NCBI GenBank assembly: GCA_001600695.1
Contig: BCKQ01000014.1
Span: 120,989-184,988 of the forward strand
Origin: Ascoidea asiatica JCM 7603
Lineage: Eukaryota; Fungi; Ascomycota
Length of the DNA: 64,000 nt
Reading direction: 5' to 3'
The notes under the pieces were generated by a model, which had not been told where the DNA came from, did no database searches, and saw only the letters and a program-made list of their open reading frames with translations. The translations under genes were made by a program, and so were the position numbers. Positions 11,872 through 23,388 of this stretch are shown here, in pieces (position 1 is the first letter of the stretch; every line of letters starts with the position of its first letter).

Positions 11872-14800
11872 TTAAAAGAAATTATCCAAGATTGATTGGG
11901 CTTCATTAGAATAATCAAAGGTTTTTGTAGGCTCTTGGACATTATTGAAGTTAAATTTCTTAAAACTTTTAAGAGAACTACTATTTTCGACAACGGTACT
12001 GCTTGTGTTAACAGTCAAATATTCCTTGACTTCTTCTTTTTGTAATTGACTTTTCTGAGGTTTATTGATAACTGGAGGAAAGAAGAACCAATTTGAAAGT
12101 AAATCCAAGGCTAAGTAATCACATCCCATTCTGTTATAAATATTTGCTACTTTTAATATGAAGTTAAATTCTACCTCACTGGATACAGATAGCGAACCTT
12201 CAAAATAATGAACATTTTTTTTTCGAAGATTGTTGTAAAGAATCATGAGCACTGGATCATCTACAATAAACGATAAACTTTCCGTTGAGAAAAGGCAAGG
12301 TATTTTTTTTGCTTTTTGGGGTAATGATTTTTCAAAATTTTCTGGAATCAAAAGTTTTGTTTTATCAGAATCGAGAGATTCATGAATATCCAAACATAAT
12401 TCATATGGTGACTTAACTAGAGCTTGAATAGCTAATTTTTTTTCATGTAATGCCCAATAAATCCAACTGGCAGTCCATCTATCTCCATTTAATATTGCAG
12501 TTGGCAAAATATTATCACATAACATTCTCTTAAGGCTTTCCGAATTATCACCTTCATAAACCCTTGCAACAGCAATGGCCAAATCAGTATCTTGAACCTG
12601 CTTAAGAAGAACTCTTAAACAATCGTTCAATGAATCAGCAAGTAAGAAAAAACAAGCTGCATAGAGATATCGGTGTTTAGAAAGTAGTGCAAAAGCATTT
12701 TTTTTAGCTACACTTTTCCATTTTTTGTCATTGAAGTTATTACTTAAAAGTTTGACAGTTTTCATCTGTTCCGGATTTCCATAACATGTTTTCCATAATC
12801 CTATAAGAATATTCTTTTTCCTTAAAGCCAAGTAAAAAATTGTACATTTAATAGGATCTTTTTTATTTGAAAAATCTAGATCAGAATTATTGACAAATTC
12901 ATTTCGGGCAATTATTTCAAATTGCTTCTTAAGTTGAGATTCATTAACCCAATAATGAAACCCATATTTTTTGCAAGTAACCCAGTCAACTTTATAATTA
13001 ACTTTTGTGTTAATAAGGTTAATTAAAATCTCTTTATTTTCTGAATGCAATGCAAAATTAATATCCCTGATGTTTAGGGCAAACTGTAAAGAAGGGTGTG
13101 ACTCTAGTAATTTCATTCCTAGGAAAAATTTTAATCCATTCTCATCTAAAGAATATCTATTTTTGTCTATTAATGTTAATGATTCCACTACTGAAACTAA
13201 GGTGATTTGTTGGTGTCTTGTTAAAAACGGTAAGGATGTTTTAGTAAGCTTATCCTTAAGTAACTCTGCTACTTTATCATTGAATTCTTTATATAATTCC
13301 TCACCTTCTGTAGATTTCTGAGCCGATATGTAATTTCCATTGACCAATTTCCTCAAAGGTTTCTTTTTTTCTGATAATTTTTTATTTAACTTTTCAGCAA
13401 AATTTGTAGTTGAAGAAGACCTGGAGCCATTAATTGATCGAGAAGATGAACAGCTTCGTACTGATACAGCTTCACTACTTCCTCTTAAAATAGAATTATT
13501 CATACTGGAATCTTCATCATAATCATTGCTTTTAATATCATAAAATTCCTCTAAAGGAATACCTAAAAATTGATCTAGCTTATCAATTGTGAAGTCTGGA
13601 TCAAGATCAAGCCTTCGTAGTCTTTTAAATAAATGCAACAATATTTTCTTAACTAAATCAAGTTTATTGGAATATAGACATTGAATTAAAAGTTGAGGAT
13701 GGTAAACTGGCAAAGGACCATTAAGTAAAGAGCATAGATCAAAAATGGAGCTTATATTTGTAGTCACTCTATTTCCAATTGTTTTTTTTGTTATTTCATC
13801 TGAATCATGATCTAGAAGCTTATTTGAAACAAATAATTGATTACCACAACCTATTATTAAAGAACCATCCTTCAACCATAATGAATCACCTATAGAATGA
13901 GAAGTATAATCTAAAAGAGAAATTTTTTTAATTGGTTTATAGGAAGGCATATTATTTGTATAATCATATCGAATTTGAGAATAAAGCACTATTTCTTGGT
14001 CAAATCCAACAGATAAAATAGATTGCTTCTTAAGATTACACGTCCAATCAATATCGGTTATTTTCCCTCTATCAGAAAACGATTCTCTATATTCAAGAAT
14101 AGCATTTTTATTATCCCAAATACTCAAAGAATTATTAGAAGAATCAATAATTGCTGTTCGGTTCAATGATGACTCTTTAATCAAAGAAGCATTTTTTATT
14201 CCTGTTTCAATTTTAAAACTGACTTTTAATTCTAATAATTGCTTCTCATGATCTATAATTACAAAATAAGATTTCAAAAGGCCAGTTGACGATATAGTTG
14301 TTAAGACATCATTGTTGTATATCTTATTTGAAGTATCAGACCAGCCTACTGGATCAACTGTATTTATACAGATAATTTCTTCGTCTTTATAATCAACTGG
14401 GAATGTGTTGATATTTGTACTCTTAATTTTATACGATTTTAAGTCAACTTGCCATGAAAAAATTGACTTTGTTCTAGGAAAGACAGCTATTAAGTGATGT
14501 GAATCATACGTTTTATCATCATAAAATTCAGGAACATGAAAAAATGAAAATAAATCATCTTTATGAATATTTTCAGGTAAATTTATAGGAATATTAAACA
14601 ATTCTTTGGCCAATTTTAAGCCTTTACATTTATATAATGATAATGATTGATTTTTTAAATAAGTTAAAGCAAATTCACCATCTGCTAGTAAGATGGCATT
14701 TATTATAGGATAACTGGTAAATAGTAAAGTTTTTTTTAATAAAATTACTCTTTTCAAACTTGAATCGCGATTCGGAAGATTAAAAGGAATCCATATATGA

Positions 14801-16515
14801 TTTTCATTGAATCTAGATGTAGAAAGCATGGCTTCACCATTATCTGTTTTAAATAATTTTTGAATTGACTTTTGATGACCAGAGAGTTTATCATGCAAAA
14901 AAGTTAAAAAAATTCTTTTTTTCTTAAAATGAGAATGAAAAGATAAACTTAAATGATCATTATCAATATTTTCAGTATTTTGTTTATCTTTATTTGTGAT
15001 CATTGTATTTGACAAAGAATTAAATGAGGCTTGATGAACAATATTGTTAATATCAACATCATCAAATAATTCATCAAATTGTATTAATATATGCCTTATA
15101 TTTTTATTTTTCAAATCATGAATTAATAAAGAAAGATCGCCATTTAAATTATCAATATATTTATTCAGATGATACTGATTCTTGAAAGTAATTCTTTGAT
15201 TTGATAAATTGAAATCTCCTTTTGTTGGAATAATATCACTAAAATTCAAAAATTCAGGAATTTTTGGGAAAGTCAAAGGTAAAAATTGAGAAGATATTGA
15301 AGAGATTTTAACAAATTTTATAATTTTTGGAGGATTTGAATTTAAATTTTGTACTAAATAGAAAGATAAATTTAAAGATTGATCAGATATAACCAATAAA
15401 TTTGAATTAAGATCTGATAATTTTAATAAAGAATCTATAGATTTATTTTTCGATTTATACCTTTCCATAGATTTTGATAAAGCATAATTGAACAAATGAT
15501 TTTCAATAAAAAAAATAAAGAACTTTTTCTGAGTTTTTTGATCATTTTCATTTTCATTATTACTATCCAAATTTAAAGTTGCCCAATGTTTTATTTTTTT
15601 TGACTTATTAAATTGAAAACTAATGAATATTCTTAATATATTATCACTCGTTAAAGTATATAGGACGTTTAAGTTATCACTATCCTGACTTTGAAAACTT
15701 TCAAGATCATTAGAATTTATATTTGATTTTGAGCTTTCACTGGAATTATCAGTAGAATTTGAATTCAGATTCGAATTAGAAGTTGAATTTGAGGTTGATA
15801 TATTTAAGAATTTGAAATTAGTCAAATAAGAAGAATGATTCAAATAAGTTAAATCAAATTTTGTATTTGAGATATCAAAATTTGTTCTATTAAAAATTTT
15901 TAAAAAAGTATCAAATTTTGAATAAACTGTTAATAACTCTGAGTTTTTTGAAAATTCAATCAAATAAATTGGATTCGGTTGTGATTTAAACCAAATTTTT
16001 TGAATACTTGTATAATTACCGAAATTTTCAAATAGATGATAAATTATTAAAGAATTATTTGTACCAATTGCTAATTCATTTTTATTTCCCCAGGATAAAC
16101 TATTTATATGATTTTGATTTTGATTTTGATTTGGAATTCCAATAAATTTCGATGAAATTGGTTTTGTAAAACTATTATCAAAATCTAAATTGGAACTGGA
16201 GTTAGAAATAGTTTCTTTATCTATATCTATTGTGAATTTAGAAATTATTTGCCATTTTAAAGTTAATTCAATTGGAGAGATAAAGTAAATATAAGATAAT
16301 GAGGATACAGCTATAAACCCATTTTCAGGATTTATATCAATACAAGATAAATCATTATGAAAACAAATCGTTTGAAGAATATGGAAGTCCAATAATATAA
16401 TTAAGTTATTTCCTGAAATATAAGCAATTATTGAATGATTCAACCATCTTTTTTGAGATACTGACTGAAGGGAAGAATTCGGTTCTCCTGGCGAAAATGA
16501 TATAGACGCAGACAT
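11872..16515 (-). CDS. RAV1: RAVE complex subunit Rav1
   Basis: N-terminal SFSPGEPN, WD-like regions, GHQKSIQKL, LNGPLPVYHPQLLIQ, and Rav1p_C motif KNAFALLSKHRYLYAACFFLLADSL. Confidence 0.92.
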   Translation of the reverse strand: MSASISFSPGEPNSSLQSVSQKRWLNHSIIAYISGNNLIILLDFHILQTICFHNDLSCIDINPENGFIAVSSLSYIYFISPIELTLKWQIISKFTIDIDKETISNSSSNLDFDNSFTKPISSKFIGIPNQNQNQNHINSLSWGNKNELAIGTNNSLIIYHLFENFGNYTSIQKIWFKSQPNPIYLIEFSKNSELLTVYSKFDTFLKIFNRTNFDISNTKFDLTYLNHSSYLTNFKFLNISTSNSTSNSNLNSNSTDNSSESSKSNINSNDLESFQSQDSDNLNVLYTLTSDNILRIFISFQFNKSKKIKHWATLNLDSNNENENDQKTQKKFFIFFIENHLFNYALSKSMERYKSKNKSIDSLLKLSDLNSNLLVISDQSLNLSFYLVQNLNSNPPKIIKFVKISSISSQFLPLTFPKIPEFLNFSDIIPTKGDFNLSNQRITFKNQYHLNKYIDNLNGDLSLLIHDLKNKNIRHILIQFDELFDDVDINNIVHQASFNSLSNTMITNKDKQNTENIDNDHLSLSFHSHFKKKRIFLTFLHDKLSGHQKSIQKLFKTDNGEAMLSTSRFNENHIWIPFNLPNRDSSLKRVILLKKTLLFTSYPIINAILLADGEFALTYLKNQSLSLYKCKGLKLAKELFNIPINLPENIHKDDLFSFFHVPEFYDDKTYDSHHLIAVFPRTKSIFSWQVDLKSYKIKSTNINTFPVDYKDEEIICINTVDPVGWSDTSNKIYNNDVLTTISSTGLLKSYFVIIDHEKQLLELKVSFKIETGIKNASLIKESSLNRTAIIDSSNNSLSIWDNKNAILEYRESFSDRGKITDIDWTCNLKKQSILSVGFDQEIVLYSQIRYDYTNNMPSYKPIKKISLLDYTSHSIGDSLWLKDGSLIIGCGNQLFVSNKLLDHDSDEITKKTIGNRVTTNISSIFDLCSLLNGPLPVYHPQLLIQCLYSNKLDLVKKILLHLFKRLRRLDLDPDFTIDKLDQFLGIPLEEFYDIKSNDYDEDSSMNNSILRGSSEAVSVRSCSSSRSINGSRSSSTTNFAEKLNKKLSEKKKPLRKLVNGNYISAQKSTEGEELYKEFNDKVAELLKDKLTKTSLPFLTRHQQITLVSVVESLTLIDKNRYSLDENGLKFFLGMKLLESHPSLQFALNIRDINFALHSENKEILINLINTKVNYKVDWVTCKKYGFHYWVNESQLKKQFEIIARNEFVNNSDLDFSNKKDPIKCTIFYLALRKKNILIGLWKTCYGNPEQMKTVKLLSNNFNDKKWKSVAKKNAFALLSKHRYLYAACFFLLADSLNDCLRVLLKQVQDTDLAIAVARVYEGDNSESLKRMLCDNILPTAILNGDRWTASWIYWALHEKKLAIQALVKSPYELCLDIHESLDSDKTKLLIPENFEKSLPQKAKKIPCLFSTESLSFIVDDPVLMILYNNLRKKNVHYFEGSLSVSSEVEFNFILKVANIYNRMGCDYLALDLLSNWFFFPPVINKPQKSQLQKEEVKEYLTVNTSSTVVENSSSLKSFKKFNFNNVQEPTKTFDYSNEAQSILDNFF

Positions 16516-17113
16516 ATTTTATGAAGTTAGAAGGTGCTAATAATGATGAAGGAAACTACTTTGATGTCTTGAAGACATTTTCCAAATGGTTGAAGAGTTT
16601 AATAATTAAGTAAATGAATAATTAATTAAATAATTGATCTATTAATTTGGTGAAAAAAAAGAATAAAAAAAAGGATTCATTTTCGATTTATATAAATAGG
16701 AAGTCAGCTCCTGGTGGTGTAGCGTTAATCACACTCTGCGATTGCCCAGTCGGCAATTCCACCCTCAGTCAAAACAATTCGAGCACTCAAAACAAGCCTA
16801 CCAAACATAAGAATTCCAAGATAAACATAAGATCAGACAAAAATTCTCCAACTATGATGATTACTTATATCAAGATCTACGAATAGAAATATAAAATGAC
16901 AAACTAGGGTAATTTGATGTTGCCAGTAAGCTACTGTTGTTACTTTTTTTGTGTACTCGAAAAGATTTTGATTTTTGTTAAAAGGAAATCTAAAACATAA
17001 AAAAAAAGTAGATGATAAAATAAATGCTACAGCTAAATATAAATATTTTACAAAAAGTTCATTTGCAAGCTAACAAACGATAAAAGAAGTAAAGAAAACA
17101 ATAAAGCACTTGA

Positions 17114-18748
17114 TTAAAACTTAGAGGTGTCATTGTTCCAGGTGGAAAATAAAGTGTATTCATCAGTATCTGGATAAATAGTGTATCCATCATCACTTGA
17201 CTTACCTGAAGACAATGTTGATCCTGATTGCCAGTAAAGTTCTCCTGTTAATCCACTACTTTCCATGGTAGTTAACCATTCAGTATATATTGAAACTCTG
17301 TCTGAATTGGTCTCTTTAATTCCAAATTCTTCAATAATAACAGGTTTTCCTAAAGTGGTTTGAGAACTTGCATGGTTCTCAATCCAACTTTCTCCCCAGG
17401 TTTCAGCATCACTAACACCCCAACTTTCTGGATAAGAGTGAAATGTACCAAAATCAATAGAATCAACAGCAACATTAGCATCAAAGTCAACTCCATAATA
17501 TCCAGTATACATGGAATCAGTTCCTTTGGTGGTATCATTCATGAAACCTTCATCACCAACAGCTACTAAATGATTTGAATCAATACTTTTAATGTATGAT
17601 GACATTTCTGAAACCCATGCTTTCATTGTTTCTGTTGTACAAGTACCTGAATTGGTATATCCATCAGTTCCTGCATTACATCTTGGTTCATTCATTAATT
17701 CCCAAGCCATAATTGTGGAATTATCTTTATATCTTCCAACAAATGCTTCAACATATGTTTTAAATGCACTTATAACTTCAGTATTAGTAAAGAAATAATC
17801 ATGATATGTGGTTCCAGTTATTTTATTAACATAAGTTTTATCAACTCCACCATAATCCGACCAATTATTTGATAATGGAACAATAACTTTCAATCCAGCT
17901 TTTTCTGCTAATTTTAGGAAAGTGTCAAAGTATCCTAATCCTGTTGTTCCATAATTTATAGTAGCTGTTGATCCATCCCATGATTGGAAATAAATATTTG
18001 ATTCATCTAAAGATTCACTAAAACCCCAAGCTCTAACAACAGTTGCACCTGAACTTGCAATATCAGCTAAACCTTGTTTAACATCATCAGAACCCCAACC
18101 ACCAACACTTAACCAGTATCCATTTGTACCGACAACTCTGAATTTACTTCCATCCAATTGAAAATCTACACCAGAAGTTGTAACAAATCCAGAAGATGAA
18201 CTGGAAGATGCTGTAGATGAAGCAGTGGTACTACTAGTGGTACTTGCTGCTGCGACATTTTCTGTATCTGTTTCTGAAGAAGAGGCTATACTTGATGCAA
18301 TTGAAGCAGCTGAAGTAACTACTGCAGAGCTTGAAGCAATAGAGCTAAATAATCCATATGTTACAGCTTCAGATGATTTTACTAAGAATTCAGTAGTAGA
18401 AGTTGCTTCCAATGCTTCTGTTGTAGAACTTGAAACTTCTGTTTCAGCTACAACTTCTGCAGATGATGTTTTCTCTAAAGTAGTGGTTCCTGTTTTGGAT
18501 TCTGTAGAAGCTGTGGATAATTCTGCTTGTGTGGTTGTTGCAGCAGTTGTTGCTACTGCTGTTGTAGTTGCTGCTGTGGCAGTTCCTTCGACACATTGGG
18601 CATAATAATCATTGTAAGAAGAACAAACAGCACCAGAAGCACATTCAGTGTCACCAGTATAATAAGCCCCACCACATTGATAATATAATTGAACTTCAGA
18701 AAAAGCTGGAGCTGCAAGTAGTGCTAAAAGAACAACTTTTGAAAGCAT
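17114..18748 (-). CDS. Secreted endo-beta-1,4-mannanase: signal peptide, CBM1, Ser/Thr linker, GH5 (subfamily 7-like)
   Basis: Signal MLSKVVLLALLAAPAFS; CBM1 YYQCGGAYYTGDTECASGAVCSSYNDYYAQC; GH5 motifs GTNGYW, VRAWGF, NNWSDYGG, AWELMNEPRC (acid/base), FHSYP, KPVIIEEFG (nucleophile). Confidence 0.9.
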   Translation of the reverse strand: MLSKVVLLALLAAPAFSEVQLYYQCGGAYYTGDTECASGAVCSSYNDYYAQCVEGTATAATTTAVATTAATTTQAELSTASTESKTGTTTLEKTSSAEVVAETEVSSSTTEALEATSTTEFLVKSSEAVTYGLFSSIASSSAVVTSAASIASSIASSSETDTENVAAASTTSSTTASSTASSSSSSGFVTTSGVDFQLDGSKFRVVGTNGYWLSVGGWGSDDVKQGLADIASSGATVVRAWGFSESLDESNIYFQSWDGSTATINYGTTGLGYFDTFLKLAEKAGLKVIVPLSNNWSDYGGVDKTYVNKITGTTYHDYFFTNTEVISAFKTYVEAFVGRYKDNSTIMAWELMNEPRCNAGTDGYTNSGTCTTETMKAWVSEMSSYIKSIDSNHLVAVGDEGFMNDTTKGTDSMYTGYYGVDFDANVAVDSIDFGTFHSYPESWGVSDAETWGESWIENHASSQTTLGKPVIIEEFGIKETNSDRVSIYTEWLTTMESSGLTGELYWQSGSTLSSGKSSDDGYTIYPDTDEYTLFSTWNNDTSKF

Positions 18749-19625
18749 TTTAAAATTTTTTTATGAAAAATATGAAATAAGTTTAGGAATTAAATTTTGA
18801 AGGAATGACTGTTTTAACTTATTAATAATTTATTTAATTTTATATTAATTTGATTAAATATTTGGCAAATTCATAAAAAACAACCATTATTTAATAAAAA
18901 GGATAAGGCTCATTATTTATATTCTTATTATTTTCCAACCCAATTTAATATTTCTCTTAGGATTTGGTCTGATACAATCATAGTAAATACTGGTCTTTCA
19001 ATGGCCATTGTTAAGCTTTATTGATGACGATCTTTTTGCTGTTGACAAAACACATGTAACAATACTTTCTGGAAGTGAGTGTATTCATTTTGACTTCTAA
19101 ATTCAAATTCAAAACATCTCTTCCTTTTCTGAAGAAATTGCGCACTGAAAACTCGAAAGCCCGGTAACGTTACTAAAAAAAAAATTATTCAAATAGTGGT
19201 TTATAGCTTTTTGCTAAATATTCAACTAAAGATAAATAGACACAGAAAAATAATTCGAAATTACAAGAAAAAAGAGAAGAAATTCAGTTCTACAACCTAT
19301 TGAAACGATTTCAAATATTCACTAAATTATTTTAAAATATAAAGGTTTGAAGCTTTGAAAATTTCGAGATTTTGAATTCTTTGAAATAATCAAACCCTTA
19401 TTAATTTTACAAAGCAATCAAAAAATAGTAGCAAATTATTCAAAAACAAAATTTAAAAGTTTCTAATTACTGCCTTTTCTTTTTGTTCAATGATAATTTA
19501 AAATTTGTTTATTATAAAACTGCACTTATATTTAATTAAATCAGATTTGTATACTAGAAAAATTCACTCAAAATTGAAAAAAAAAATCAGAGGTATTTTC
19601 TAATAAAAGAAGATTCAAAATACAA

Positions 19626-22600
19626 TTATAATTTGAGTCTTTCTAAATTGGCAATTGTTGCTTCTAAACCTTCAGTTTCTGCTGTAGCCTTTTCCAATTT
19701 CTCTAAATCGACAGCCTTAGCTTTCTCAGAAGCTTTATCATTATAATCTTTACCACTCATAACTTTTTCTACAGCAGCTTTAGATTTTCTAATTTTTTCT
19801 AATTTCTTAGAAAATTTTTGAATTTCTCCATCAATATCAACTTGTCCTTTGATAAGAACATGAGCATTACAGTCCGGACTAGCTGATTGTAAAATACAAC
19901 CAGAAGGAATTTCTCCTAAACTTTTTACAACTGTTACATTTTGAACAGCTTTAATTAAAGAAACTATAGAGCCTTGTTGTTCATGTACCATATTAAATGC
20001 GTTTTCTGAAGAACACTCAACAAATACTGTACCATTCTTCACAATATTATATTGACTTAATATTGATCTTATAGTTTTAGTTATATCTAATATTAAGTTA
20101 TAATCCTTTTCTGCTTCTTCAAATTCAAATGATTTAGAATAAATTGGATAAGAAGCAATAACAATTGAAGGAGTATAATCATTTTCTCTTCTAGGTAATC
20201 TTTGCCACATCTCTTCAGTTAAATATGGCATGAATGGATGTAATAATTTCAAAGATGAATCAATACAAGTATATAAGGTGTTTTTGGCTGATATATCTGT
20301 TAATGATTTTGAATTTTCAATATAAACATCACAAAGGTCATTTAAGAAAAAAGCATAAGCAGCATTAGTTGCTTCCATAAATTGTCTATTATCAATAGCA
20401 TTATTAACAACTTTAGCAGTTTTATTAAGTTTACTTAATACCCATTTTTCAACTAATGATTCATTTCCACTTGGTAAAGCTGATGAAGGTGGTTTGTAAT
20501 CATCACCTAAACGTAAAATTACAAACTTTGTAGCTTGATATATTTTGTTACAAAACTTTCTATAACCTTCAACACGTAAAATATCTAAATTTATATCTTT
20601 TGAACCAGTACTATAATTACATAACGCAAATCTTAATGCATCTGTACCACATTCAGGAATACCTTTAGGGTATGATTCTTTTTGCCCTTTTTTGGCAATT
20701 TCAATTTCTCTTGGATCCAAATTACCGTTAAGTAATTGTGAGTTTAATTCTTCTAAACTAATACCTCTAATGACATCTAATGGATCTACAACATTTCCGA
20801 GAGATTTGGACATTTTTCTACCTTGTGCATCACGAACTAATGCATGACAATATACTTCTTTGAATGGAATATTATCGGTTAATTCAATAGTTAAAATAAT
20901 CATTCTAAGAACCCAATTAAATATAATATCCCAACCAGTTTCTAAAACAGAAAATGGGAAGAAATTTTCCATATCCAATGTTTTTTTAGGCCATCCCAAA
21001 GTTGCAAAAGCCCATAATCCAGAAGAAAACCAAGTATCTAGTACATCTTCATCTTGCTCTAAAGTAAAATTTTTATCAGAGAATTTTAAGTTTGCTTTTT
21101 CTTGAGCTTCTTCTAAAGATCTAGCTACAATCCAATATTTTCCATCACCCTTTTCATGAAATTCATTTTCTATATTAACATAATAAGCAGGGATTCTATG
21201 ACCCCACCATAATTGACGAGATACACACCAATCTTTTAAATTATTTGCCCAAGCCATAAAATCATGTTCTGCAAAACTTGGAACAATTTTAACTGCACCT
21301 GATTCAACAGCATTTGCAGCATTTTTAGCCATTGTAGATTGACTAACCCACCATTGAGGTTTAAGATAAGGTTCAATAATATCACCAGTTCTACTACAAG
21401 AAGGAATTACCATAGGATTTGGCTTTTGTTCAATAAATAAATTTTTTTCTTTTAAAGCTTCAATTACTTTATTTCTAGCATCAAATCTTTTCATACCTTC
21501 CCATTCACCACAATTTTCATTTAATTTACCATCTTCAGTAAAAATATTTACAAATTCAAGATTATTTCTATTACCAGTAGCATAATCATTTTGATCATGA
21601 GCAGGAGTAATTTTTACAGCACCTGAACCGAAATTCATATCAACAGCTTCTCTATCACAAATTATTGGAAATTTTCTATCAAGGAATGGATGTTGTACGA
21701 ATTTTCCATGTAAATGAGTATAACGTGGATCATCAGGATGTACAGCAACACCAGTATCACCAAATAAAGTTTCAGGTCTTGTAGTTGCAACAATAATTGT
21801 TTCATCGGAATCAACAACTGGATAAGCAAATGAAGTTATTACACCAAATTGAACTTTTTCAGAATAACCAGGAACTTTAATTAATTTAGGTCCATCAATT
21901 TGAATATTTTCAATTTCAGAATTACTTGTTGCAGTTTGAAGAGCAACACACCAATTAACTAATTTATTTTCCCTATAAATAATACCCTTTTCATGTAATT
22001 GAACAAAAGCTTCAATTACAGCTTCAGATAAATTTGGATCTAAAGTAAAAGCTTCTCTTGACCAATCATAAGAAGCACCTAATTTTTTAACTTGATTTTT
22101 AATTTTTGCATGATAAATTTCTTTCCACTCCCAAACTTTTTCAACAAATTTTTCTCTACCAAGATCTTTTCTATAAATACCTTTTTTAGCTAAATTTTTT
22201 TCAACAACACTTTGAGTTGAAATTCCTGCATGATCAAAACCAGGTAACCATAAAGTTGTTTTACCTTTCATTCTATTATATCTAATTAAAGAATCTTGAA
22301 TTGCAACAGTCAATGCATGTCCAATATGTAAAGCACCAGTAACATTTGGTGGAGGAGCAGGAATTGTAAAAGAACCTTCAGGTTTAATTTTACCTTCAGA
22401 AGTTAATTCTGGTTTAAAAAAACCTTGTTGATCCCACCATTGATACCAAGATTTTTCAACATTTTTTGGAGAATAAGATTTAAAAGAAGGATGATCAAAA
22501 GAAGGTAAAATTTTTTTTTCACCAGGTTTATTTATTGGATTCCAGTCAGGAATTTCAGAACCAATATTTTTATCTTTTTTATTTGGTTTATCTTTTGAAT

Positions 22601-22934
22601 CTGAATTTTTTGATTTATTTTGATCTTGTTTTTGTTTTTTAGCCAAAAATTTAGCCATTTTTTCTAATTTTTTTTTCTCTTTTTCTAATTGTTTTGCAGT
22701 TTTAGGTTTTGGAACCTCAGTATTTGAATCATTTTGATTTTGAGACATTGTTGAAAAATTTAAATTAGATCTTATTAAATTAAGACTATATAAACTATTA
22801 TAATTTTTTGAAATATATTTTTTTGAAATTTTATTATGAGAATTAAGTATATTACCGGTCTGAATGGAATTCAAAAAGAATGAAGCTGATATTGATGAAG
22901 AGATTCCTTTGGTAGAAGATAGCCAAATATTCAT
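19626..22934 (-). CDS. VAS1: Valyl-tRNA synthetase, probably dual mitochondrial/cytosolic
   Basis: PPPNVTGALHIGH and KMSKS motifs; DWCVSRQLWWGH; N-terminal presequence-like stretch before a second Met at 22748. Confidence 0.97.
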   Translation of the reverse strand: MNIWLSSTKGISSSISASFFLNSIQTGNILNSHNKISKKYISKNYNSLYSLNLIRSNLNFSTMSQNQNDSNTEVPKPKTAKQLEKEKKKLEKMAKFLAKKQKQDQNKSKNSDSKDKPNKKDKNIGSEIPDWNPINKPGEKKILPSFDHPSFKSYSPKNVEKSWYQWWDQQGFFKPELTSEGKIKPEGSFTIPAPPPNVTGALHIGHALTVAIQDSLIRYNRMKGKTTLWLPGFDHAGISTQSVVEKNLAKKGIYRKDLGREKFVEKVWEWKEIYHAKIKNQVKKLGASYDWSREAFTLDPNLSEAVIEAFVQLHEKGIIYRENKLVNWCVALQTATSNSEIENIQIDGPKLIKVPGYSEKVQFGVITSFAYPVVDSDETIIVATTRPETLFGDTGVAVHPDDPRYTHLHGKFVQHPFLDRKFPIICDREAVDMNFGSGAVKITPAHDQNDYATGNRNNLEFVNIFTEDGKLNENCGEWEGMKRFDARNKVIEALKEKNLFIEQKPNPMVIPSCSRTGDIIEPYLKPQWWVSQSTMAKNAANAVESGAVKIVPSFAEHDFMAWANNLKDWCVSRQLWWGHRIPAYYVNIENEFHEKGDGKYWIVARSLEEAQEKANLKFSDKNFTLEQDEDVLDTWFSSGLWAFATLGWPKKTLDMENFFPFSVLETGWDIIFNWVLRMIILTIELTDNIPFKEVYCHALVRDAQGRKMSKSLGNVVDPLDVIRGISLEELNSQLLNGNLDPREIEIAKKGQKESYPKGIPECGTDALRFALCNYSTGSKDINLDILRVEGYRKFCNKIYQATKFVILRLGDDYKPPSSALPSGNESLVEKWVLSKLNKTAKVVNNAIDNRQFMEATNAAYAFFLNDLCDVYIENSKSLTDISAKNTLYTCIDSSLKLLHPFMPYLTEEMWQRLPRRENDYTPSIVIASYPIYSKSFEFEEAEKDYNLILDITKTIRSILSQYNIVKNGTVFVECSSENAFNMVHEQQGSIVSLIKAVQNVTVVKSLGEIPSGCILQSASPDCNAHVLIKGQVDIDGEIQKFSKKLEKIRKSKAAVEKVMSGKDYNDKASEKAKAVDLEKLEKATAETEGLEATIANLERLKL

Positions 22935-23134
22935 CTATTAATCAAACTAAAAAAAACAATATCAATTCAAAGGAGTGATACTGATAGAGATACTGATAGT
23001 AGTGATAGTGATAGTGATAGTGATATTGATAGTTTCAATGCTTCCAGTAGTCGAATTACGTAGGTATTAGTTTTTATCAGTAAACACAAGAAATAAAAAT
23101 AAAATTTCAATCCCAAACGTTGAAAAAGATTTGA

Positions 23135-23141
23135 TGAGTCA
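23135..23141. promoter_or_regulatory. Gcn4/AP-1 site upstream of VAS1
   Basis: TGAGTCA (reverse complement TGACTCA) about 200 nt upstream of the VAS1 ATG. Confidence 0.55.
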
Positions 23142-23388
23142 AAAGCAAAAATATTATAAAGCCCTCGAACCAGGGCTGCGAACTATAAATTTAGGACGGA
23201 ATGTGACCTAAATATGAATAGTAATAGAGAGACCACTTTTACGGGGGTGATCGATCTTATTCTGTTATCACGATGAGGTTTGCTTAGCAGAAGAAGACAA
23301 GAAAAGAGAAAGAAAGACAAGAAAAATATGTTTATTTAAGCTACAAAATTATGATTATATATTCAAGTATCAGAGTGAAAGAGAACTA

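Noticed and set aside
16700-16770. tRNA-like 5' half (GGTGGTGTAGCGTTAATCACAC) and ATTGCC/GGCAAT hairpin
   Set aside because: No T-loop/B-box and no acceptor stem.
23161-23177. GCCCT-CGAACC-AGGGC hairpin resembling a T-arm on the minus strand
   Set aside because: The B-box consensus is not met and there is no cloverleaf.
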